Shown here one piece after another: positions 12,532 to 24,506 of a stretch of DNA of 61,103 bases (position 1 is the first letter of the stretch; each line of letters begins with the position of its first letter). The DNA lies in contig NW_025767597.1 of assembly GCF_003918875.1 (NCBI RefSeq), positions 372,001 through 433,103 on the forward strand, in the 5' to 3' direction. The notes below the pieces were generated by a model. The model searched no databases. It was given only the letters and a program-made list of their open reading frames with translations, and had not been told where the DNA came from. The position numbers and the translations under genes are program-made. The DNA is from Haliotis rubra. Taxonomy: Eukaryota.

Positions 12532-15472
12532 GGGTAAAGATTTTGTAAGTGAATTTTTCACAGAATTTGAGATGGTTAGATATTCATGTGACAAGACTGT
12601 GAACAGGTTTGGACAAAAATTACTGAATTTGTGCGCAATACTGAATATACATATCGTAAACGGGAGATGTGGAAGTGATTCCGGCATTGGTGATTTTACT
12701 TTCTTAGGTCATTTAGGATGTAGTGTGATTGATTATATTCTTGCGTCCACGGATATGTTGTCTTTAATCGCCAACTTTCACATCGTGTAACGGTCGCAAT
12801 CCCAGCATCTTCCCATCTACCCGACCTCTACCCATATAGACCAGTGCAGGTACATATGGAAGGAGTCGTGTAAACTCAACTTTCTTCATCATATGGAATC
12901 CTCGGAGACTTTAGCATTACTCGAACAAGCAGCCATGTGTTCATTGACTAATGTAGCAGAAGCAGTCTCGATATTCACGGACGCCATCCTTTCAGCTGCC
13001 TCCATGTTTATACGACCAGAAAGTCACAAAAGCAGTACTTCACCATGGTATGATAGTGAATGCCTCTCTAAAAAGCATGAACGATGTCAGTTTCTAAATG
13101 CTTTTAGAAAATCAAAGACAAATCTTTCTTGATGAAATATAAGAGAAAACATGCAGTGAATACAAGTCCTTATGTCGAACAAAGAAAGAAGAATATATTC
13201 AACGTCAGAGAGATGATTTGGAGACCTCGACAACTGACTCGAAACGTTTTTGGGGTATAATAAAACGTTTATCAGGTCGTAAACTGCGCCCAAACCCCAT
13301 AGATGTTGGAGACTGGGTGGATTATTTCTCTACCCCCTACGCAGTCAAGATAATTTAGAATGTATTAATGACGATATACATGATATAGGAGATCCCCCAG
13401 ATTCTATAAGAGAAATCACTGAAGATATTCTGGATTCCCCCTTAACAAGATTGGAGATCATTCGCAGTCTCGAGGCGCTAAAGAACAACAAATCTCCAGG
13501 ACTTGATGACATATTGAGTGAATATCTTAAACATTCCTCCCATGTAATCGTTCCATACCTCGAGATAATATTCAATTGTATGTACCAAAGGGTAAATTCC
13601 CAGAGACCTGGTCTACAGGAATATTAATTCCTTTTCATAAGAAAGGGTGACACTTCTATCCCCGGACAACTACAGAGCAATAAGCCTCCTGAGCAAAGTC
13701 TTCACGTACATCCTGAATCAGCGATTAGTGTGCTGGGCTGATGTGTTGAGTAAATTTCTGAGTGTCAATCAGGTTTTTGAAAAGGTTATTCAGTGGTTGA
13801 CAATTGTTTTGTTCTGAATTCTATTATCGAGCCTAATCTTTCCCGCAAAGGTGGTAAATTCCATGTAGCTTTTGTTGATTTCTCGAAAGCTTTCGATTCT
13901 GTTCAAAAGACATTTTCTTTGGAAATTATTATATAAACCACGGTCTGAGTCGTAAAATGGGTAAAATGTTAGAGTCTATTTATAATAGTGTAAAATCTTG
14001 TGTTCGCTCAAATAGTAGTTTATCTCGTGTATTTGATTGCCCAATGGGAGTCAGACAAGGGTGTATGCTCAGCCCCTTTTGTTTTCAGTTTTATATAAAA
14101 TGAATTAGTTAATGTAACTGAAAGTGAATGTCGGTTTGGTGTCCAGCTACATCCAGATGTTACTCATATTTGCCTTCTTTTATTTGCGGATGACCTTATT
14201 TTGTTTGGGAACAGCGTGAGAAGTCTGCAGTTTAAACTAAATGTTCTTAATAGGTACTGTTCAGAATGGAAATTGTCAGTCAACATGCATAAAACTAAAA
14301 TTGTTGTTTTTTAAGAAAGGAGGTGGTCTATTTCGGTTTGAAAAATGGTTTTATAATGGTAGTGTTGTTGAAGTTGTTTCAGGATATTGTTATCTCGGAT
14401 TGTATTTTAGTAATAGGTTACAGTGGTCGAAAGCGTTTGACAATATTTCTATTCAAGCCAGAAAAATTACTTCTTAGTAGTATACATTGTTTCAAACCAC
14501 ACACTCGCCTCATCTGTACTTCAAATTATTCGATTCTCCTCTATGGGGCTGAAATTTGGGGGTTTAATAAAATGGAAGAACTGGAAAAAGTACATTTATA
14601 TGCCTGCAAACGTTTTCTAAACGTTAAGTTATCAACGTCCAATAACGGAGTACTAGCCGAGTGTGGTAGATATCCTGTCCAACTATCTGCTGTTTTAAAA
14701 TGTATTAAATATTGGTTAAATCTTATTAACATGCCTGGATGCCGTTTGCCTCGAAAATGTTACAATATGATGCGTATGTATGATGATGAGCAAGGCTATG
14801 AGAACTGGGTTACCAAGGTTAGAAATATCATATTTAAATTAGGTTTTGGGGATGTTTGGGTATCACACACTTACGGAGATAAAAACGTTTTTGTTAAAAT
14901 GTTTTTTCAACGACTGAAAGATAATTTTCGGTAAGTTTGCCATAGTGATTTATCTGAGAGCCCCAAAACTGTTAACGTATTGTAATTTTGAATTAACGAT
15001 TTCTTGTGAAACATTTAGCTCATATTACTGTATCCAAATATAGATCTTGTTTATCACGATTTAGGTTACGTTCCCATAGTTTAGAAATTGAAAGAGGCCG
15101 TTACTATAACATTCCCCGAGACAAAGAACATGCAAAATGTGTAACTTATACGTAAATGAAAAAAATGAATATCACTTACTTATCTGTCCAGCCTACATTG
15201 AATTAAGACGTAAATATCTTTTGTCGCAATTCTATGTTTTCCCCAATATACTAAAATTCAATTTGTTGTTATCATCCAAAAATGAAGACATTTCCTTGAA
15301 TACTGCTAAAATATCTGTTTTATGCATTCGAAAAAGGAAATCAATTTTGTCATATTAAGATTGTATATATTATACATGCTTTCATTGTTATCATTTTATT
15401 TCATGTCTGCACCGATGAGTTGTTTTGTACTCATAGGCCCGTGGCCTCATAGGTATCAGAAATAAAGATTTG
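12532..15472 (+). mobile_element. 5'-truncated degenerate non-LTR retrotransposon (CR1/L2 group)
   Basis: Endonuclease end (FTFLGHLGCSVIDYIL), KSPGLDDI, AFVDFSKAFDSV, GVRQGC, LLFADDL, LYGAEIWG. 3' AATAAA-GATTTG. 9-bp TSD ATATCACCA (12523-12531, 15473-15481). Many stops and frameshifts. Confidence 0.9.
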
Positions 15473-17649
15473 ATATCACCATCACTGGTATGTTCAGTGT
15501 TGTGGCTCCAAAGCAAGTTTTCCTTGTGTATCATCTTTATTGTATATTTCATTGTGTCGTCATTAATACAAGTTGTGCGGTGGGTTAGCTCTAAAGTGTT
15601 CGCTCGTCAGGGCCCGAAGGCTCACTCACCATCAATGCTGTTTTGTATTGTCATGGGTACGTGTTGTGTTGTTTCAATACTGGCTCGTTCTTCATCTTTC
15701 ATACATATTGTGTTGTTTCATCATATTATCATGACTGATAACATGTTATCATATACTAATATGTTATTACGTGTCGTCCGTGGTACATATTGCTTCGTTT
15801 CATCATGAACACATATTGTGTTGTCGTCATTGATAAATATCGATGCATACACTTTTGGAAACATAATGTTTCCGTCTCGACAAGTACATTGTAGAAATTG
15901 ATGTCGGGACGAATTGGCAGTGATACATAATCGTTGTTGATACAGTTGCTTAGAAACGCCTGTATAGGTGCATTAGTAGGCACTTTATCCCATTCATTTC
16001 GTATGTGATAGGACTATGAGCTTCCTGCATGAACGAGTCAAAAAGTTAGTGTCTTAATAGCGGAGACTGTTGCTAGTTATATTTACACATGTTACACAAT
16101 GACATATGTAACCACACATACTTCGTGTACAACCGGTAGTGTAGATGAGGATCAGTGTTGTTACCTTCAGGTAACAGGGTAAAGAAGTTCCGGTAATGCC
16201 TTCATGCCTTACTCTTAGTGCAATGCAGATAATATATATATATGTAAGATATTTCAGGACATGTGGATGAAGGTTGCAGTTGGTTTTTAAATCACGCGAA
16301 TCTGCAGCCTGGTTGAAAACCAGTCTGATCGAGTCTGGTATGAGTTTCTTTGAAAACGTGTTAAACCTAATCATAATTGAATTCCATTAAAAATAACAGA
16401 TGACTGAATCCATAATACACATTCAGATTTATTTTTCACAGCAAGTGCAGATTGTACAGATTTTCCTGAATCATTCTGTGAACATCCTCACTGGCTACTG
16501 CAGGCAGCCACGTCAGCCTCAGGAAGACGAGGAACCCGAATGACTTCCCGGGGAAGGTAACACTGTTTCCTTCCGTCCTGTAAGGTTTCCAGCTCTGGCA
16601 GCGTATTATTGACAAGCTTTAGCGGGTTGTTGTTCAGGGCCACGGTTCTGAGATGGTGCAGACTGATTATGAACTTTCCATGATAATTGTATATTGTATG
16701 TTTCCTGAATAATATTTGCATGTAGAAGTAGTAAGTGTTGCAATGGTCACTCATATTATGTTTCAGCTGATTTTCCGTGGTTTTCTAGAAGAAACTGCTT
16801 CATTAAATGTATCGCACGTATATGATCAATCTAAACTCTCGTAGTGGAAACTCACCGATAATTTGTCGACCTATTGGTGTTAACCAGAGAGCGTCTGTAG
16901 GTTGACAGGAGGAACTATTGGCCAGTGTGATGTGAACCAGAAGACGACTTGTCTAGGGGATGACACTTACTTGCTTGTGAGTCCATCGACTGGCGTCAGC
17001 CAGAACACATCTACAGGTTGGTCGGGAAATTGTGGAAACGTAATAGAGGTAGTGTTATCCATGGCAGCAGGAAGTACATCGTCACACTACGGGCATGTAG
17101 CCATAGGAACTAAAACACAACACTATGTATTAGAGAGTATACCTCGACTTTGCATGAACATGAATCAACACTGCCATTATATTTGCTCTTATACTTAGTA
17201 TTGAGAGTATCATTCTAACTAATCCTAAAACGTGCATATAATGAAGGAAAATATGGAATACTTGACAGCTTTATATTTACACATATGTCTCAGTAGTATG
17301 TTCTATATCGACAATTGGTTAAACCCTGGAGATTATTCAATTTACATGGATGGCTTTGTGCAGTGGGCGTAGGCTCTGATGGTGCTGTTGTTCACGCTCG
17401 CCTCCACTGAAAACACGGAACCCGACCAGTCTCTTATACGGGGACCGTTAACCAGTAGTCCTGCAGATGAAGACGTGAATAAAACAAACTCAATATATAC
17501 TGTCATTAACATACATTTTCGTAAAATGTGTATTTGAAATGACCGATCAATCAGTACAGCTCAGTCCGTGTGAGCATTTTGTTTTCTGTTGGACTCTATC
17601 TGCATCTCAGCGGAAACGATTATCTTCTACCGTTTATCATTATCCCTGT

Positions 17650-18038
17650 ACCTAATCGTAGTATATATGTTCTTTTATTTGTGGCTAGATTATCTAAAAT
17701 TGCTAATATCTAAAGGGATGGTGTAAATCCAGCTAGGGGTCCATGCAGGAAGCAATGTACCTTAAGTCCCCATGGTCCCTATTATGGTGATCTACCTTCG
17801 GTTGTTAGTGATCCTATAGCCTGGCTTTATATTGTATTGTTATCTAAAAAATATCGTTTTATGATAACATGCTAGATTTACTTTTAAGATATGTGATACA
17901 CTGGTAGTTTTACTGTTCTTCGTCAACAAGCTTTTAATTTCTACTTTTTATTGTTCTCTAATACGACGAATTAATTGCTCACGTCACGATATGGCTGAAA
18001 TATTGCCAAAGTGACTTTAAATTTTAACTCACTCACTC
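17650..18038 (+). mobile_element. Retroposon 3' fragment, same family as 22437-22917
   Basis: Shared GGGATGGTGTAAATCC...CACGATATGGCTGAAATATTGCC...ACTCACTCACTC. Confidence 0.7.
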
Positions 18039-21000
18039 TACTGTACTTCACTATTACCTGTGGTGAAACTACGTGTGATAGGCAGTATGAAAGTATGACA
18101 GTGTATATGACCAGGAATATATAAGGCGAGGTTAGTGAGTGATTCTTGCTTAACGCAGCATCAGCAATCTTGCACAATCACTACATGGTGGTTCATCGAG
18201 ATACATAGATATCTTGCTTTCACTTGTGTTACTATCTGTTCTGTGTATCAAAGCCAGTCAGGACTAAACCTTTGATCGTGATTTGCGCATAGCTAAATAT
18301 GAAAACGTTAATACTGGAGAATATCTGGGTTTGATTTTCAAACAGATACCATTTGGCGTGAAGGCCACATGGCGGTGGATTCTTCATCAGAGGTTTTAGA
18401 GATGACCAAAATTTTTTGTCTTGTCCAAATAACATAAAATCGCATGAAACTCGTTATGAATTATATTTTCATGTTTCTGGTCACATTCTACAAAGTAAAT
18501 AGGAGTTATGAAATCTCCCAGTCGTCCCCAGTTAAATTCAATAAAGGTAAGAGGGGAATGACAATTATAAAAAATCACGTGTTTCTAGATGAATTCTCCT
18601 GGTCCCACACTGACCAAACAAGAGAATCGTGTTCGATGTGGACCGATATCTTTAACGCGATTTAGGCCACTTTATCGAAGTAACAATTAAAAACAGATTT
18701 AGTGTTATACATATTCAGTGTAAATTATAAACTATTATATCCTTCACAAGCCTAAAGGCACACATTGCAGGATATGAACACACTGATAATGTATGGAAAT
18801 GACATGATATGTCACCGCCAGAACTTATTTTGTTGGTAGGTTTGATGGTAAGTTTTTCATACGCTTGCTTATTCCAACTGCATAGCATACAAAATCAGTT
18901 ACAGAGTTGAGTTCAGTAAGCCAAGACGTGTAACACCAACAGCCACGCCTGCAATGATGACCTTCAACGACTGAGGAATACAGGCTATATTTCAGAAGGT
19001 CATTCTCAAGTCATTTTCATGCAATAAATGTGGACTCTGGTATTATACATGAACTGACTGATCTTTCAGTATGCCAAGGACGTATTGATGGAAGTGCATC
19101 AGAGAATGTAAGAAATCGGATTTGAATATCCAACCATACATGAACAAGTATTTAAGCAGTGTAGAACAATTAATGAATATCAAAATCAATTGCACGTACT
19201 GGTGAAAGGTTATTCTGTCAACGGCCCTGTCTCCTCCTCCTGTGAAGAAACTGAGGAAATAAAGAAGAATGATCATGGAAGTCTGCGGGATTAACTGTAA
19301 AATGTTCATGTGTCGATTATAGAGCATTATGGTCATAAATGATAGGCATGTATTGTAGTGCCTCAGTTGTGGCACTGTAAACTGTGGTCAAGATTCCATC
19401 ACATGCCAAGGCTGGATATGGAGGATGGAAATAGAAAATTCTTGATACAATAAAAAAGTGTCGCATCTTTCTGGATTAGACTGTAGATGTTTAAGAAGAT
19501 TTTAGATTACAATTGATTCCAAAAGCATTAATACATAGTAACCCCACAGCGCTGATTACATTGGATGGTAAAATACATTCCTCATTAGTAATTCGTGTTC
19601 CAACATATGAACGTCTACTGAGTCCTAACAGAAGCAGTTTAATATTCCTACAACATCGTTTAATAGATTACACAGCTGCATTACAACAACAGAAACATGT
19701 CAGTCAGAACATGATAACTTGTAAATACTTACATTTTCAAGCAATTTGTGTGAATAGTTTTCGAGAACACTTGATGTCATCACTAAGTTTCAGTGGTTCA
19801 TTCATAAAGTTGTCACTGTTATTTCGCACTTTTTACCTGAGGGATTATGTTTCTAAGGATAGCCAAGATGGGATATTCCTTTGCACTGACGTTTTCTGTG
19901 CACTGAGAAAATGCTGGCCTAACGCACTGATAACATCTATGAAATACTTTTTGGAAAAATAGTTAGAAAATAAATATGCATCCCCATGATAACCAAGTGT
20001 GCTCCCCTTCTTCCACATTAGTTTCTTCCAATACATGTGAATCGGAATTTCTGCTAGGGTTGGTAAAATCAAAACAAGGTAATATGATTTGGCCAAAAAG
20101 TGACCAAATACGTTTGAGTGGTTGACATGCCGGAAATAGTCATACAAGAGAGGGGTAAGAACGCCTGATTTGTTTCATACTTAGGTCTTTGCATACAAAT
20201 TCAGAGTATAATCAACTCTCCTAAAGGCTGTGTGACAAGAGGGATGTCTTCAACTTTCCCACACTCATTTCCAGCAGGTCCGGACATTGTTTTTGTTTAC
20301 ATTTGGGAACTTTTGAGGCAGAATCGAGCATGCTGTTTTGCCATGATTTCAAAGAGTGATGATGACAAAACAACTATCATGACATAGATGGAATCGTGCA
20401 ATCAACTTTCCTCACGAGAGAGGTATGCTGTGAATCTAGAAAGGGTTTCATTGTTTCTATTTGTAGGTTTTATTTCAGATTATTACGGTCAATGAACCTT
20501 TGTGTTATCCTCGTTAGCGTTGGTATATCATTTTCACAAATAGTGGCAAAAGCGTTCATCATGATGTCTTATGGGGAAGTGAGACCCTGTTTTGAATAGG
20601 AAAGATTCAATGCTACATACATATTCATATGGCTCACCCCGGGTTCTGGGTACTTTTTGTAGATGCAAGGACAATTATACAAATCATAAGTTGACTGGTT
20701 ACAATTTTGTATATAGATATTGTGGTTCACTCTTATCGTTATAATGTGGTTGGGCTCATATAAACTGTATGACCACGGCTCTGGCACCTTTGTCAGATCG
20801 ATATACTCACTCAGCAAAGAATGTTTCAGATCTAGTTACAGTGGCCACGTCAGGTCCAATTACTGGTGTTATCTCATACCCGGGTGTCGACTGAAGCAGC
20901 TTCTTGAAGTTGTAGAAGTCCATACCCAACTGACTGCCACTCACAGTGATGTTATATTGCCCAGGGAATATGTCAGGTTCTGTAACAATTACCATGGAGC

Positions 21001-22264
21001 CAGACATTACAGAAATAAAATGTAGGAATAGTAACCTTTTTCTCACTAGAAGTAGAAAATTATGGACTAAAATTCTAAAATTACAAAAACAACTAAATAA
21101 TTAAAGTTATGAGATTTGCACAGTTTTGCACATTGTTTTTGATTCGGTATGTTGAGTTGGAGTCATTCTATAGAAATACCATGGTAATGTTAAGTCATAT
21201 ATATTCATGCACATGTTTATATTAATACCATTTCCGAGTTCAAGGCCTGCCAGTTGGTACCCCTTGGCACTGGTGTATTGCAGCAGTTCTTTGGCGTTGG
21301 TAGGATCCCAGTGACCATCCTTCCTCTTCAGGGCGTTCAGACCAAATATTAACTTCCAGTCGACATCCTGGACAAATGTATTAACAGCATCCCAGGTAGC
21401 TCCTGCAGACACAACATAGTGAGATCAGAAAATACCCAGCTGTATTGGCCTCCTAGATATCCATATGTACAAAACCATAGTTCCACAACTAACAAGCTAC
21501 AGATATTATAAATAGATTTACGCACCTGTAAATGCACGGTTGATGTCTACTGTGCCATGACCTGTAGGGTCAAAGGTCAGACTATCACCCTCAGTTCCTC
21601 CAATCCTCAGATAGCATGGAGACAAACCTTTAGCCAGGGTCTGAACTTTCTGAGAGCTGGAGGTATACAACAACGTGACACAGGGCAATTTTTACAGTAA
21701 GTTATTTGCATATATAGCATGCATATTTGCGTCAAAGCAGAAACAAAGAGTTCAAATATCACACACCTACAATAAACTAATTGACAACACACCAAAACCG
21801 AAATGGCATAATGCATTGACATGCCTATACGTTTCTTTGCTTAACGATTTGGACACAATGTTTAAGCAGAAACAAAGAATTTAATTATCACGGGCCCATA
21901 ATAACTGACAACACACCAAAACAGAAATGGCATAATGCATTGACATACATAACGTTTCTGTGTTCAACGGTTTGGGTACAATGTTCACACAGTAATCTGC
22001 TAACATGAACTTGTTAGTTTGAAGTGGTTGGTTTTATTAGGATCTTCGGTCTATGTTTGTCAATGATTTTCAAAAAGAAGATGTAAAATATAACGTGCCC
22101 CAAATACAATAAACCATGTGTTTTTTTCTCAGAGAGATCACAAATTTTAGTTCGTTGTATCTGCAGTTTGTTCAAAGCATGTCGTCTAAAATATTCGGCA
22201 AGCGGTCGGGACAGATAGAACAACAAACAGTTCGTTAATTCTTTATGAACGTAGTTTACTGCAT

Positions 22265-22371
22265 GTGTGTGAGTGTGTGTGAGTGAGTATGTGTGAGAGA
22301 GTGTATGAGTGTTTGTGAGTGTGTGTGAGAGAGAGAGTGTGTGTGTGAGAGAGTGTGTGTGTGTGTGTGTG
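22265..22371. repeat. Compound (GT)n/(GA)n microsatellite
   Basis: Direct reading. Confidence 0.9.
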
Positions 22372-22436
22372 GATACAAATTATCAACTGCAAATGAAATT
22401 AATCTTCAGTAACTTGATGTCTGTTGGCCTCCTTGA

Positions 22437-22917
22437 GTGAGTGAGTGAGTTAAAATTTATCGTCACATCGGCAATATTTCAGCCATATCGTGACGAGAAC
22501 ATTTAATTTTATCCATAGTAATTAATGGTAAATTGTAAAAACCTGTCAACGAAGGACAGTAAAATATCTAGATTATCACAAATTCGAATTTAAAACTAAT
22601 AACTAAATCTAAAACAGGGTAACTATAGATGACAATACAATATAAAACAGGCTATAGATCGCCAACAACGGAAGGTAGATCACCATACTAGGGACCATGG
22701 GGACTTACAGTACCTTTGCTACCTGCATGGACCCTAGTTGGATTTACACCATCCCTTCAGCTGCTGGCGACTGTAAGAAATATTAGCCAAAATTAAAATA
22801 ACAAGAATACTACGTTTAAAAATCCTGGTAAGTTTAAAATGACTTTGAAAATTTTGGGACTTACGTACCCTCTCAGGAGGACAATAAATTACAGTACTTT
22901 AACCCCCCTCGCAGAGA
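22437..22917 (-). mobile_element. Retroposon 3' fragment with (ACTC)n tail
   Basis: 13-bp TSD TTGGCCTYCTTGA; homologous copies in the opposite orientation at about 17650-18038 and 25580-25700. Confidence 0.75.
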
Positions 22918-23808
22918 TTGGCCTTCTTGAAGATCACCTTGATCTACTTACTTGAAGTCCAGTCCTTTCCAGTGCTGTGGGGTGGGCAGTAGACTGGAGT
23001 CCAGTGTTACGCCAACAAACAAGTCATCAATATTTGAAACTGCTTGTATTGTTAAAACTGTGATATTAACATTGACTACTCCCGCTGTGTGGGATATGAA
23101 GGTGGTGACCAGTAGGAGAGCTGACAGCGTTACCTTCATTGTCTCAGAAGTTTCCTATCGGAATGTATGTCACAGGTAATCTACATTTATCTAAGGTGGT
23201 CTTTCATGTATATAGACTGTGGTGTGTCGTCTATGTTTCCTTCATATATCTCCAGCACTGACGTGTGTAATGTTGTGTCGTAAAAAGCAAATCTTCATTA
23301 TGAATCCTCTTTAAAAGATATATTGTTTTCGTCATTAATACATGAGATTAGCATAGTGGTTAAAGCGTTCGCTCGTCACGCCAAGGCTCACTCACCATTA
23401 AGACATGCTGTTTTGTATCGTCATAGGTTCATATTGTGTTGTTTCATTACTGAAACGTAAACGTGTTGTATCTTCCATACCTATTGTTTTGTTTCATTAT
23501 TGAAACATATTGTGTTGTGTCATGACTGATAATATATTATCATAGACTGTTGTTTTTTATGTGTCTTCTGTGATATGTAACGTATTGTGCCGTTATAAAT
23601 GCATACATCGGTTTTCGTCATTGATAAATATCGTGCAGTGCCGTTATTGAAACAATATGTGTCCATCACAACACGCATATTGTAGAAATTGATGTCCGAA
23701 CGAATTAGCATTATTTTTGTTAATGCAGCTGCTTGGAATAGCCTGTATAAGTGCATTAGTAGGCACTTGTACCCCATTCATTACAAGTCATAGACTATGA
23801 ACCTTCTG

Positions 23809-24128
23809 CATACTTCCACAAGCAATGTTACACAATGACTTATGTAACGACACATACTTCCACAAGCAATGTTACACAATGACATATGTAACGACACATA
23901 CTTCCACAAGCAATGTTACACAATGACATATGTAACGACAAATACTTCCACAAGCAATGTTACACAATGATATATGTAACGACACATACTTCCACGAGCA
24001 ATGTTACACAGTGACATATGTAACGACACATACCTCCACCAGCAATGTTACACAATGACATATGTAACGACACATACTTCCACCAGCAATGTTACACAAT
24101 GACATATATATGTAACGACACATACTTC
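23809..24128. repeat. 44-bp minisatellite, about 7 copies
   Basis: CATACTTCCACAAGCAATGTTACACAATGACATATGTAACGACA. Confidence 0.95.
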
Positions 24129-24506
24129 GTGTATAACCGGTAGTGTAGATGTGGATTAGTGGATCTTCAGATAGCTTAGGGTAAAGTTCCGGTAATGTCT
24201 TCAGGCCTTACTCTTAGTGTAATGCAGATATTAATATTTATGTAAGATATTCAGGACATATGGACGAAGATACAGTTGCCTGGTTAAAAAATACGAAGAA
24301 GAAGAATACGTCTGATCGACACTGGTATGAGTTCCTTTGAAATCTTGTTGAAAGGCGTACACGCATGTATTTGAAAGGTAAACACCTATTATTATAATTG
24401 AACTCCATTAAAATAACTAATAACTGAATCAAGAATAAACGTTCAGATTTATTTCCATAGCAAGTGCAGATTGTACAGATTCTTCTGAATCATTCTGTGA
24501 ACAGCA

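Larger units (their letters stand above)
16488..23139 (-). pseudogene. HPSE: Heparanase-like GH79 copy B pseudogene (exons 6-7 deleted; frameshifts in exons 8, 9, 10)
   Basis: Exons 23139-22952, 21656-21526, 21402-21229, 20979-20811 and 19250-19200 are open. No WLGET or WLDKLG exon lies between 19199 and 17461. Exon 8 (about 17460-17346) has -2 nt, exon 9 (about 17109-16971) has two 1-nt deletions, exon 10 (about 16647-16488) has +1/-1. Confidence 0.9.
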
